Source: Antedon mediterranea (taxonomy: Eukaryota > Animalia > Echinodermata). Taken from it: a DNA stretch of 64,000 nucleotides. Made by a program: the position numbers and the translations under genes. A model generated the notes under the pieces. It was given only the letters and a program-made list of their open reading frames with translations, was not told where the DNA came from and made no database searches. Positions 34,701 to 47,700 of this stretch are shown one piece after another (position 1 is the stretch's first letter; each line of letters opens with the position of its first letter). The stretch lies in NCBI RefSeq assembly GCF_964355755.1, contig NC_092672.1, positions 992,001 through 1,056,000 on the forward strand, read 5' to 3'.

Positions 34701-37700
34701 CAGGAGAGCCATTTACCATGCACTAGCATCAACTTTAAACCTCATCTGGAGGGGGATCGCTCAGAAAACCATTTACTTGCTACATGTAAGTATGCAAGCA
34801 GATTATTGTCTTAAAGTGTTTTTAAATTGAGGGATAAGCAAGCAGTACAGTTTCCTTGGTAACTCATTAAAACACCAATATAATAAGTCATTATTACAGC
34901 ATTACAATACATGCTCATAATCCAGGGAAGATACAAAAAATGTTGTGTACAACTACTACCATAAACTCCTCGAAAAGAAGCCCATCTCGAAAAGTTTGCA
35001 AAAGTAATCTGGAAAAGAGGCCTATCTCAAAAAGCCCACCCAAGAGTCCTAAAAAATAAGCCCATGGGCTTATTTTTTATTCTTTACGGTAGCTCACTAA
35101 CGTAGCATAGTAAATGTATAGTTCTTAAAACGTAACTTAAAACATTTGTAGTACAACAGTGCTATGTACAACAGTGCTGCTATGTACAACAGTGCTGCTA
35201 TGTACAACAGTGCTGCTATGTACAACAGTGCTGCTATGTACAACAGTGCTGCTATGTACAACAGTGCTGCTATGTACAACAGTGCTGCTATGTACAACAG
35301 TGCTGCTATGTACAACAGTGCTGCTATGTACAACAGTGCTGCTATGTACAACAGTGCTGCTATGTACAACAGTGCTGCTATGTACAACAGTGCTGCTATG
35401 TACAACAGTGCTGCTATGTACAACAGTGCTGCTATGTACAACAGTGCTGCTATGTACAACAGTGCTGCTATGTACAACAGTGCTGCTATGTACAACAGTG
35501 CTGCTATGTACAACAGTGCTGCTATGTACAACAGTGCTGCTATGTACAACAGTGCTGCTATGTACAACAGTGCTGCTATGTACAACAGTGCTGCTATGTA
35601 CAACAGTGCTGCTATGTACAACAGTGCTGCTATGTACAACAGTGCTGCTATGTACAACAGTGCTGCTATGTACAACAGTGCTGCTATGTACAACAGTGCT
35701 GCTATGTACAACAGTGCTGCTATGTACAACAGTGCTGCTATGTACAACAGTGCTGCTATGTACAACAGTGCTGCTATGTACAACAGTGCTGCTATGTACA
35801 ACAGTGCTGCTATGTACAACAGTGCTGCTATGTACAACAGTGCTGCTATGTACAACAGTGCTGCTATGTACAACAGTGCTGCTATGTACAACAGTGCTGC
35901 TATGTACAACAGTGCTGCTATGTACAACAGTGCTGCTATGTACAACAGTGCTGCTATGTACAACAGTGCTGCTATGTACAACAGTGCTGCTATGTACAAC
36001 AGTGCTGCTATGTACAACAGTGCTGCTATGTACAACAGTGCTGCTATGTACAACAGTGCTGCTATGTACAACAGTGCTGCTATGTACAACAGTGCTGCTA
36101 TGTACAACAGTGCTGCTATGTACAACAGTGCTGCTATGTACAACAGTGCTGCTATGTACAACAGTGCTGCTATGTACAACAGTGCTGCTATGTACAACAG
36201 TGCTGCTATGTACAACAGTGCTGCTATGTACAACAGTGCTGCTATGTACAACAGTGCTGCTATGTACAACAGTGCTGCTATGTACAACAGTGCTGCTATG
36301 TACAACAGTGCTGCTATGTACAACAGTGCTGCTATGTACAACAGTGCTGCTATGTACAACAGTGCTGCTATGTACAACAGTGCTGCTATGTACAACAGTG
36401 CTATGTTCATTTGTAGTACAACAGTGCTATGTTCATTTGTAGTACAACAGTGCTATGTTCCTAATTTTTCCATTCTTAGCAAGGCTTCATGATTTTTCTT
36501 GTTAACATCTTACTGTAAGTTTAACTAATAAAATCTATGTTTACATACAGTAGTTAATGTTTGATTAATGTTTCATTGCTAATTACTGTAGATGCATCTA
36601 TGTTTACATACAGTAGTTAATGTTTAATTGTTAATTACTGTAGATGCATCTGGTATGGTTAAACTGTGGCACATGTCTACTGGTCAGTGCCTGCACACAT
36701 CACATGAAGCAAGACAGACGTTGACAGCAGCATACAACCAAGACGCTACCTTGTATGTCACTGGGGGATCAGATACCAAACTCAATGTATATGATACTAC
36801 CACAGGACAGATTTGTAAGACTTGTGAACCAAGGCAAGAAATTACAATTACAATTATTACTCAAAAGAATATAAAGCTCTGTCTACACTATCAAACTAGT
36901 TTGACAAAAATGCCTAAATATGGTAGTGATATGCCCAAATATGGTAGTGTATGATATCATTTGTCTCCCAATATGGGCATTTCACATTTTGATAGTATAG
37001 ACAGAGCTTTATATTGTTTGAAGATTTGCATAGCAAAATCAAACGTTGATATAAAGTTTGTGGTACACTACATACAGTATATATTCTGGAGTGAGAAATC
37101 CGTTCTCACTCCTGAGGAAAATAAAATTATATTGATCTAAACTTCAAGATAAACTCAATACAACAGATATATGTGGTAAAAGAATATTATAATACAATTG
37201 TTGCTCCATAATATAGCCCCATATTATATTATCTCAGTGAATGTTTGAGAACATGTGTGCTAAACAAATGTCAAATCTTGTTTTTAACATGAAAGACAAC
37301 CTTGTTTCACAGCCCTTCTGTCACCATCATGGATGGCCATCGGTTCCGTGTCTTCTCTATTAAATTCCATCCTCACGACAATGCTTCATTTGTGTCCGGT
37401 GGCTGGGATGACACTGTTCAATTCTGGAACACAACGTCTGAGCACTCAATAAGGTAACATGTTTATTTTTTTTCAAGCATATTGTACTACAAAATTCCAG
37501 GATTCGAAAGTCCTGTCACATGACCTATCACCCTGGGATTATTTATAATTATTACTTTTAAAAAATAATGTACAAATATAATTTAAATAAATAACTTTAG
37601 GAAATTAAATGGACCTCATATATGCGGTGATGCCTTAGACATTGATCCTCATCATAACCATGTTGTAACAGGATCATGGCGTACAGAGTACAACCTACAG

Positions 37701-39025
37701 GTAACATTACATTTGGTTATTTGGAAAAAAATAATGAAAGAACTTGGAAAAACTAGATTTATTCAATAATTAATGTAGATCATGAAAACTGCATGACTCT
37801 ACTGTAGTTTCTTGTTTGTAGTATCACCAGCGGGTATGACACGTTATATGTGCCAAAATGTATTTCTTTTATTTTAAAGAATAGTAAGCAAATTCACTGT
37901 ATAGAACCTAGACTTATACATAGCATATGAAAGGTGATTTCAGCTCATGTATGGTGCGCTATATGTGCAAAAAATGTCCTTTTTATGAATGTAAAGTCAA
38001 ATTTAATACAGGTATAGCATACTGTTAAAGGTTTTATTTTGACTTACAGATCTGGGATTACAGTACTGGCGCCTTAATCAAAAATGTCCCTCAAGATTAC
38101 AATAACTCATTGGTAAATATGTTCATTTGTCACTTTCTACTTGGTGGATTTGGGGCTGGGGAGTGGTTTTGCAGTGTAGGTTGTTCAAGACTATACCACT
38201 GATACATTGTTATGTCTATTAAATCTTTACGCTTTATTGTTTTTTGGCAAAACTATGACAAAAAGAAATGGCCCTTGTGTTATCCATGATACGAGGGAAG
38301 TGCAACTGTGGAAAATGTTGAGATGGACCATTACCACGTACACACACACATTGTGTAAAAATAGTTCATAAACTTCACAAGAAAAGTTTAATTAAATTAT
38401 TTATTGAAAAAAATATAGAAAATATATTGAAAATTAGAATAATCAAATGTTCTCTTTTTCCAGTTATACTGTGCTCAGTGGTTGGGAAAGGACCATATTT
38501 TAGTAGGAGGATGTGAAGCCAACTTGACTCGTATTGTAGACAGAGGAACACTTCAGGTAATACAAATATTGTAGACTTTGTATTAGATTTCATAGGCTAG
38601 CTTCACTACTGGACTTTCAGAATGTAGTTTAAATACCGTTGACTCTCCCAATACCAGACACCTTTGGACTGGCCGAATTCGTTGACGGTTTTGGACCTCA
38701 AGAAAAGTCTGGTTTTGGGGAAGTTTTCGGTTTTCAGAGAGGCTGGTATTGGGGGAGTTAACTGTAGTATGAAATTATGTTGAAACTTTTGGTTGTCAGA
38801 GGTGGTTTCAAGAGACTAATTGCATTTGGTACAAAATAAAAATATTTGTTGATAGTATCATATAAATGATCTTTTTTTGTTGTTTTCTATTTTTAGACGA
38901 CTGGCAGACTTGCAGATCTTCCGAGAGGAGTCTACTGCTTGGATAACAACCGGCAAGGAAATGTTCCCAAATTCGCAGCAGGTTCGGATCGTTCCCTCTT
39001 TTTCCTGGACATGAAGCAAGACTAA
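31745..39025 (+). CDS. Uncharacterised WD40-repeat (beta-propeller) protein; 9 coding exons
   Basis: Exons 31745-31947, 32128-32212, 34647-34785, 36644-36833 (GC donor), 37313-37453, 37601-37700, 38050-38112, 38464-38556, 38897-39025. WD motifs: LAVGFVDGSIKVY, YASGMVKLWH, VTGGSDTKLNVYD, GHRFRVFSIKFHP..FVSGGWDDTVQFWN, GPHICGDALDID..VTGSWR..LQIWDY. Stop TAA at 39023-39025. Confidence 0.92.
33032..33131. repeat. 33-bp tandem repeat x3 (AATCTACTCCCAGAGTGAGCTGTAGCACATGTG)
   Basis: Directly visible. Confidence 0.9.
33404..33466. repeat. Perfect palindrome, 31-bp arms with a 1-nt spacer
   Basis: CACTAAGTTGGTCTGTAAACACTAACTTGAT-G-ATCAAGTTAGTGTTTACAGACCAACTTAGTG. Confidence 0.92.
34043..34191. mobile_element. 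MITE family 2 copy
   Basis: Ends TAACTCTGTCTACACTATCAAAC and GTTTGATAATGTAGACTGAGCTTTAA. Confidence 0.85.
35150..36460. repeat. 18-bp minisatellite (GTACAACAGTGCTGCTAT), about 69 essentially perfect copies, in WD40 intron 3
   Basis: Directly visible; source of the three 427-442 aa repetitive ORFs. Confidence 0.98.
36872..37011. mobile_element. MITE family 2 copy
   Basis: Ends TAAAGCTCTGTCTACACTATCAAAC and TTTGATAGTATAGACAGAGCTTTA. Confidence 0.85.
38634..38766. mobile_element. Tc1/pogo(Tigger)-like MITE
   Basis: TA-CCGTTGACTCTCCCAATACCAG ... CTGGTATTGGGGGAGTTAACTG-TA: TIRs with TA flanks. Confidence 0.65.
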
Positions 39026-40284
39026 AGATGACTTAAGAGTGCCAGGTTAGGTTACAGAGCTTAGACAGCTAGCTAATTTACCAATAATAGCAACACTGTT
39101 ATTAAAGATGTACTTAGCATATGCATGAATCTATCGGAAGTACAGAGTCCAGCACATCGACTGTTTTCTGTGCCTTATACTGTTATCACTACAGTAATAC
39201 TACTACAGTGTATGAACCTAAAACTAAAAAAATAATTATAGATCAATGGCAAAAGGATGTGTTTATACCAGTTTTATTTGTTACAAAAAACATTTAAATA
39301 AGTCATGGGCCAAAAGTGAACACAGTTTCAGAGTTTAAAAGCTAATTTAGTGTTCATAAAATATTATAACACATGGACTGATTGCCTCCCTGGACTGATG
39401 AGCTTTAACATGGTATTCTCATAATTATAGGTCGATGTGTTGTAAAGATGTGTTTATAAATGTATTAATAATAAAACATAAATATGTTATGGTCTGCTCA
39501 GATACAGTAACTTTGCTAAATAAATATTTAAAAGAAAGGTATAACAGTAGTCATATAAGAACATCTTCATAAAGAAGACTAACACCTTTCTCAATTTAGT
39601 ATACTGTAATTGTTATTTTTAAAACAAGCTTTTATCAAAATATCACAATTGCACTAGATAAATTAATACAAGTGCGCATTATTTAATGTACAGAAACTTG
39701 ATTAATAGTCAACTTGTTTAAGTTTATGAATCAACAGATAAAGTACACAATAGTAGGCTTATTAATAATTTGTAAGCAAGGGCTAGTGTAAGAGGCATAT
39801 ACCAGGTTACTTATTAAACAAGGGCTAGTGTAAGAGGCATATACCAGGTTACTTAAAACCACAAGGTACTTTGTCCTTGCAAGCTGGTTTCAGTTGTGCC
39901 TACTAGTATCGCACTGTTATAAACACACACTGGTTCCGCTGTTGGACTTCATTATCATAATTTAAAATGTATATACAGTACAAGTTTAAACAAATGTAAT
40001 AAATACTCCTAAGGAATCAACTTCAGTAATCCTTTTTTTTTAAACAGTAGTTTATTTATTAGTAGATAGGCAGTTGCACTACTGTATGAAATCGTCGATT
40101 AAAGTTACAAAGCTGCAACTGTTGAATACCAACACATGATCGCATACATTAAATTTTGTTTCTCTCATTGTAGAAGTATTTTTTATTTGTCCCAATTTAA
40201 AAAACAAACCATTACCAACTTCCCATCACTGGCAACTTTCCCACCCACTCATTTCGCATTCATTTTAACTATACCAGGCCTACG

Positions 40285-41453
40285 TTATCCAAAAACATAT
40301 GACAGTTGGTCAGAATTGTCATCGTCATCAGCATGTTCATCAGCATATTCATAAGCTTTCTTCTTCTTGTAGGTTCTGTAAAAGAACAATTCATTTTATT
40401 TAAACAGAGAACAATATATCCTGCTTTCTGTACCAAAACGTTTTCTTTCAGAATGTTTTCCTTTTATTACCTCATCATCCATGTAAACGCAATTAGGCCT
40501 AATTAATGAAAATAGTCAATATAAACAATTAATTTCTATTATCATCATTACTGTAAATAATCATTGTATATATTTTATAATTAATATTTATATTGTTTTT
40601 TGTTTGTGTAAAAATCTACTGTAATATTATACCTCATTATGGTTACCATTATAAAAAAAAGGACGATTGAATGAATAAAGTTCATTTATATATTAAAAAA
40701 AAAAAAAATCATAATTTGCAGTAGGCCTTATAAATACCGATTATAATAGACGTACTGTAGTGGACTACGACGTTGACAATATAACAAATTAATTATTTAC
40801 TATTACTATTAGTATATTTAGTAAATAAATATATTAATTATTATTATTTAGTTTGATTTCCAATTGGTTATAATCTTACCTGTAACAAGTACATAGAATA
40901 ATGAATACTGCTTTCGGTACCAACACTTTTCCTTTCAGAATCAACGCGATATCGCAATCCTGTTCTTCCATTTATGGTCCTTCACACCTTGCAACTGCAC
41001 ATTCGGCCTTTCGTACCTCATCACGTGACCTTACGCGAGTTGTTGCGTTTTCACACGACGACCATTCAGTCCACGTACTTAGTTCACAATCTATGTTTTT
41101 GCTATCACAACACGAACCGCTATATTTCGTTTTTTGACAATCGCAACCGTGTTTTGTGAGTTCCCCATCATTGTAACAAACACGATTACATGATTGTTTT
41201 TCAGTGGTTGGTTCTTCACATACCACAGGTCCGCATCCAGTCACTTCAAGCACGTTCCTAAGCCTGAATTGGGTTCCGTTTGCACCACATTTCTGCGAAC
41301 ATTCAGACCACTGACTCCTATCGCTGTACTTACAAGCAATAACAACACAATTGCATATCCCCTTCTAGCCTGGTGTCCTCCGATCAAGATTCCACCAACA
41401 AAAATTACTCCGACTATTATTAAAATACAGAGTATTTTACCTTTGTCTCCCAT
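40285..41453 (-). pseudogene. TM-TSP1-EGF-like-TSP1-TM family paralogue A; disrupted
   Basis: Exons 41453-40880 and 40375-40285. Frameshift near 41350-41365, between the TM and KYSDRSQWSECSQKCG. Premature TAA at 40972-40974 where paralogues have Tyr (GPY). Second TM shortened and first TSP1 Trp changed to Arg. Confidence 0.85.
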
Positions 41454-42024
41454 GATAGGTTTAAATAATTGGCGGATGGTAATACAAATGTAATGGTATC
41501 AGGAATATCAGACGATCAAAGTCTAGCATTATAGCTGTGAGCATTAATAAATAGATATCTTGGAATTTCCAGATCCGAAGCCTACTTCCTACCAGGGAAG
41601 AGTTCTCTTCCCTGTTCCTACTTATCATCACGTCGAGGGTCCTATTATTCAATCAAAATACATTTTCGTTCTTTTAATTCTTGGCGGGCGGATTTTAATT
41701 GCGGAAGAATTTTGCGCAATGTTTTTCATTTCATTTCATAAACATTTATTTATATTAATGGTACATATAAAATGGCAATAACAAAATGAATACAGAAGAC
41801 ACATACCATAAATAATAATTAACACGTCAGATCAAGTAAATGTTCGGTATGTTATAACAGTCATGATAAGATCACGGACGAGCTATAATTCGATCCGTGA
41901 TATTTTTATTATTATTCCGGCGCTCTCAACGAGTGAGAATGAGATAGCATTCCGGGTTTAGAATACAGGAGTAAACCAAATGAGTAGAACTGGTCAGCTG
42001 CTGTTAAGGGACATTATCATTTAA

Positions 42025-42277
42025 AATTATAATAATATCCGTTCTTATATAGCGCTTATTGCACAATGTTTCTAAGCGCTTCACATCATTACCCTGGTCA
42101 TTTTGTTGGAACAATAATGTATGGAAACATACTCCCAAATGCGGCTAGTAATCAGCAATGTTGTGTCTTAACCAGGTACCAATTTTATACACCTGGTGTC
42201 ACGGAGTATCTTGACTAAGATGCGCGGGAGCTCACGATCAGTAATCTAACGTCTAACACACTGCGTCACACGCCCTT
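42025..42277 (-). mobile_element. SINE-like retroposon; related copy at 57945-58232
   Basis: Shared blocks TATATAGCG..CATTACCC..GTACC(C/A)ATTT(T)ATACACCTGG..CTCACGATCAGTA..AACGTCTAACACAC..CACACGCCC. Confidence 0.7.
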
Positions 42278-44409
42278 CAAGAACCGTTGTGATCGGAACA
42301 ATTATTGGACTTTTCCAGTTATGGTTAATTTCAAAAACAAATAAAGAGATGCACTGACAACAGCAGTTGTCCAAGAAAAAAGTTTTGTAAAGGCTTAGGA
42401 ATTGAGGGCGCTATTGAATATCTCTTGCGGTTTTAACAACCCTGGGAGAATTACTGCAGTACATGTACTGCAGTACATGTACTACATGCATCTATCGAAA
42501 GTACAGAGTTCAGCACATTGTTTTCTTTTCTGCAAGATAACAGGCTATTCTTACACTGTACCGTTATCACTACAGTAGTAGCAGAATATGAATTCAATGG
42601 TTCATAGTACGATCAAAAAGATGTGTTTTTACACCCTAGTACATTAGATCAAGTCTTTGGGAGTGAGTTGTTTTATTTTGTTTTGTCATATTATGAGAAA
42701 TAAATCCTGGCGTCTGACTGGATTTGAACCCAGGATCGTAGGATCGTTAGGAGAGTAAATTTAAATATTTTATGACTTGATGTTATTATATGAAGGGTAA
42801 CAAAGTCTTGATAATTTCACAATGGTGTATTGAAAAATAGCAGGGTTTTGTAGATATGAAAATATAAAAACTACTTTATGTAGCAACAATGTACAGGATA
42901 TAACCGAGGGAAAAGTACTGATCATTAAGTCATTATAGCATACTAAAAGTGTGAGTGAGAACATAGATATATCTGCCTGTTTATTACAAAGAGTAAAATA
43001 AATTTCTAAATTTATATTGGAGATAATACAAAAATAATATAATAATATGGTATATAAAAATAAAAGGGTACATTGAAGATTGAAGAAAATCATTAGACAA
43101 AATACAAGGCTAAATTTTATCATTATTATCAAGTAAAAAATATAATTTCACTCAGATTACAAAGATTTTTTTTAATTTTACATCAAGTAGATAAATTCCG
43201 CTACTTACAACCTTTAACTTAAACTTACAACCTTAATTTTACGTTTAAAACAACTATCATAAAACATATCAATGGAATTATCCATAAATCCAAAGGCAAA
43301 TTACTGAAGAAAAAAAATGACAATGCTGTGCTGTGTGCTGTATCTCAAAGAGATACAAAATAAAATAAGCAAAAAGCAAAACGATAAAGTAAAACAGCCA
43401 GAAAAAGTAAAACAGTCAGAAAAAGTAAAACAGCTAGAAAAAGTAAAACAGCCAGAAAAATTTGCAAACAAATTGAATTTAATTATCTATAGCAAACCTG
43501 GAAAAGAGTGTAATTCTTCTCTGATATAAATAAATGAATTATACAACTTAGGCAATCTACAAAAAAAAAACTATGTTTGGAATTCAATCGAGAAAATTGA
43601 ACAGTGAAAGAAAGACAAGGACGATATGTTTTAACTGATAAACAAAATAAAGATAAATTCGGGTCGTCCATTACCATTGGTGCAATTATAAAAAAGTAAC
43701 ACAAGTGCGCATTATTTTAATGTGGCTACAGTCAGTTTAATGACGTCATAATTTTGGGTTTGGCATGCATACCCAAAAGGTAAAAAATAAACGAATGCAA
43801 TACAAATATGATGGATTTTATTTACAATAGTTATATTACTTATCAATTTTTTAAGTTTATGATTTAACAGAGCATACAATAATTGCAATTGCCAATTACT
43901 GTTTACATTACTTGGGCAGTGTTGGTTTCAGGTTGCTGTTCCTACTCTGTACATTTATCATCTCATTTTTTTCCTTCTGGACGTCTGAGGCAGAAATCAA
44001 CTCTGTATGGCTATATATTATACTTGGTTAGAAACCCATTAAGTCTTTTATTTTTTCTGCTTGGTTAATAATTAATTTTCAGTATTCATGGTTTCTGTCT
44101 GAGACGTCCAGTAACATTCTTTTGTATACACACACGTCACCAGGTTCTTTTATCTTATGCAAGGTTGAGTTTCTTTATTATTATCATTATTTAATATTAA
44201 TTATGTATATACAAGTGTAAACAATTGAATGAATATATGATTAACTTAGTACACACCTAATTAATAACTTCAACATTTGATAAATGTTAAGACACAAGTG
44301 ATCGTGATAACATGGCATGTTGTATCCATTTTGTATCCCAAGCACTCCTGCATCCACAACACAGACAATGCAAATGAGTCACATTGGGCCATAACAAAAT
44401 CAATACAAA

Positions 44410-45389
44410 TTAGTCTTTCTCTAACTCGTTGTCATTGTCACGTTTATTTGTCTCCTCCTTAATCTTCTTTTTGTCGGCTGCCGGTCTAAAAAGATAAAAA
44501 AAACTTTTATTGTATTACCTATACAGGTAAAATTAAATAGAATAGTGCTAAACAGACACAATTCAACATCCAATTTAGATTTTTAATGAATAAAGATGTG
44601 TTGTCCTCTGAAAATCATGAACAAATGAAGACTTTGAATGCCATTTTGCAATTATACAGTATAATGTTCATTGCGTTTACCGATTGATTTCAACCAATAT
44701 TAATCAATGTAATATATACTGAATGACCTATAGACTTACCGGTAATTGTTAAAAAGAAGAACACCAATAATAGCAAACACACCTGCTATAAGTAAACCTG
44801 CAATAAGTTTAAGTACAAAGTATACTACTGCTTTGGACACCATAAAGTAACTGTCAAGAATCGACGCAACATTGCAACTCTGCACCTCCTTCATATACGG
44901 TCCTTCACACCTTGCACCTGCGCATTCAGCCTTTCGTGCCTCATCACGTGACCTTACGCGAGTTATTGCGTTTTCACCACAAGACGACCATTCAGTCCAC
45001 GTACTTAGTTCACAATCGATGTTTTTGCAATCACAACACGAACCGCTATATGTGGTCTTTCGACAATCACAACCTTGTTCTGTGAGCTCCCCACCGTTGT
45101 AACAAAAACGATTACAGGGTTGTTGTTCAATGGTAGGTTCTTCACATACCACCTCAGGTCCGTCGGATCCAGTTTCAACTTGTAGGCTCCTGAACCTAAA
45201 TCGGGTTCCGGATACACCACATGTATTTGGACAATCAGACCAAGGACTCCAATCGCTGTACTTATAAACAATTACACCACTTTTTTCTGCCGTCAAATAT
45301 CTTTCAGTATAAAATCCACCAAAAAAAATTGCTGACAAGAATGCTATTATAGCAGAACAACCAAGACAAATATCTAAATGTTCTCCCAT
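44410..45389 (-). CDS. Two-TM membrane protein with TSP1, EGF-like and TSP1 modules (paralogue B, intact, ~241 aa)
   Basis: Exon 45389-44740 (CG|GTAAGT) and exon 44485-44410. N-terminal hydrophobic segment; TSP1 WSPWSDCPNTCG..RFRFR; EGF-like CYNGGELTEQGCDCRKTTYSGSCC; TSP1 DCELSTWTEWSSC..RVRSR..C..C..C; TM VVYFVLKLIAGLLIAGVFAIIGVLLF; charged tail PAADKKKIKEETNKRDNDNELEKD*. Confidence 0.9.
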
Positions 45390-45509
45390 GATAGTCGATC
45401 ACAGACTACTATAAAAATACTGGCGCATCAGATTGTGCTTATTCTGATTTTTTATTCCAACGGTAAACGTTGATTAACGGTAATTGAGCTTGTTCGTTGA
45501 GTACTAAAC

Positions 45510-45823
45510 GGTAAAGTCCCAAACACTTCCTCATTCCTCGTCAGGATCCTGATCATCCTCTACATACATAACCTTATAGCCAAACTGGTAGACTGATCAC
45601 TCTGAATCAAAACACTAAACGCTTCAGACAATAATTCTATTCATGTTTTTAATAGTAAGTTTGAAAGATCACTTTAGATGCTTTATATTATATTGTATTC
45701 ATGTCTATTTTGCATTTAAATTCAACCAATCAAATTTCGTTTTTTACAATTTTGTTTAAATGACAATAAATACTATTGTATCGTATCCATGGTGACTAGA
45801 TTAATAGATAACTTGGAATTTTC
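45510..45823. promoter_or_regulatory. Candidate NF-kB/ETS/GATA sites upstream of paralogue B
   Basis: GGGACTTTAC (-, 45511-45520), GAGGAAGTG (-, 45524-45532) and AGATAA-CTT-GGAATTTTC (45806-45823). Equivalent blocks lie upstream of paralogues A and C. Confidence 0.4.
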
Positions 45824-47089
45824 AAATAAGTTGCAAACAATAATCAGGATTTAAACCTATTTTGAAAAAAAAAATTCATTGCCATTGAATTCCCAAGCAC
45901 TTTAGTTTATACGGTATAATTGAGAACTATAGTAGGCCTACTCAAAAGATACTTTGAGGTGGAGAAAGCAATTTAAGTTTCGGATCATAATAGAAACCAA
46001 ATGAGAAGAGTACAGACAGTAACTGGCCAGTCGCAAGTGATAATTCATCTGAAAGGAACCGGCTTGATCAGAACAATAATTCGATTTTTCATTTTTTTTC
46101 TCAAATAAATTCAATTAAAACACAAAGGATGCTTGGCTTTTTAAGAGAGGGGGACAGGTGTTACAGGTATGAAGAGCCGATTTTATAATATGAACGCTTA
46201 TTTCAACCAACTTAAAATACATTAGTGTAACTACTCAGGGTATGTAGTAGTAGGCCTAATATAGGCATCGTAAACATATTCCAACCCTGTTGTTGTTGGA
46301 AAGCGGAACTTTGTGTTCTGCCCTGGTATAACAATCTTAACGTTCAACTAATCCCTCACTATTCAACTGTTGTTGTAAAGTAAAGTGGATTGCTTGATGG
46401 AAATGAGTTTATAAAACATAATAACGTTTCAGTCTGATGACACTACCTACCGCCGGAGGGTTTACTTGTGTGCCATACGAATTTCAAAAGAAAACTTTTA
46501 TGTTGTGATGGCGCCGGCATTAAAAAACATTCATATCTGATAATAAAGGAGCGGGAGTATGATGACATGCTTCAATTCCATTGAATCATCAAATGTGTTC
46601 CACTGTCTGCATACGTTATGCAGCCATAATGGCATATCGTGTTGCCAGTCGATTAATATGGTGATCATCTATTTATTGTGAAAATGGTTAAAAAATGCTG
46701 TGCTGAGAATCACTCCTGATAATAATAACAAAGTTCAGTTTTTCGCTATGAAGATTTTTCGGTTTTTAAAATAGGCCTAATACTTATTTAGTTTTTTAAG
46801 CCTATCAAGGCTGGCTATGCGTTAGTAAAGGGATATTGTGTTGTTAAAGAATAAGTAGGGTCAACGTTTTCAAATCATGGCAGCTATTTTAAGTTTATGC
46901 ATTTTATGTAATTATTGATAAGACAAATCAGGGTAGATTTTGGATATTAATAATAATATATAATAGGCCTATATTTTAGAAAAATAAATTTGCAATTTTT
47001 TTGAGTGAAAAGCTATACCACCTTATTACATTACTGTTAGGTGTAATCATTCAAAATAATTTAAAGTGGCAAAGCCAGCTAGGTAGATA

Positions 47090-47700
47090 ACATTTGTATT
47101 AAAGCTAAAAAGAAAATGTTTATGATACGCAAGTTGAGAGAAGCAGGTCTTAATAGTAATGAACTTATTTCTGTTTACGAGGGTTATTTGAGACCGGTGC
47201 TTGAGTATGCAGCCCCTTTGTGGCATGCGGGTCTTACGCAGGGGCAGGTGAATAAGATTCAGAAGCGTGTCTGCAAGATTGTGTTGGGCAACACTCCACT
47301 CCAACTAGAAGATGGCACTCTTGCAAGGTTTTTGCCTCTAAATCACACGCCTCTGGTCAATTCTCCACCTGGTTCCCTGCCCCTCAGTATAGATCCTGCA
47401 TGACTCTTAGGCATAATCGTAAAATGGAAAATTATAGTTATAAAACAAAACGTTTCCAGACTAGTCCAGTTCCTTTTATGGTTTAACTTTTGAACAAATT
47501 TTAATTTATTTATTTTTTTGCTTGTCTTATTTGAGGTAACTGCAGTCTAACTTATTTGTATTCATATATATATATATATATTGTTGATAGTGTTGTCTAT
47601 AGTTTAAATATTTTTATTGTGTAATAGTTTAATAGATATGCAATTCAGCCATGTGCTGCCATGTATGTACTTTTAAATGTGAATTTTGAATAAATATACC
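47090..47700 (+). mobile_element. Degenerate non-LTR retrotransposon 3' fragment (CR1/L2/Crack group)
   Basis: MFMIRKLREAGLNSNELISVYEGYLRPVLEYAAPLWHAGLT..IQKRVCKIVLG, then a broken-frame KTKRFQTSPVPFM. T-rich 3' UTR ends CAATTCAGCC..GCTGC..AATAAA. Confidence 0.82.

Noticed and set aside
35097-36492. Three long ORFs (427-442 aa) as protein-coding genes
   Set aside because: They are translations of an 18-bp intronic satellite with no synonymous variation and no splice support.
43317-43529. ORF with EKVKQP repeats
   Set aside because: An 18-bp A-rich repeat within a dispersed repeat also seen near 24255-24365 and 56135-56255.
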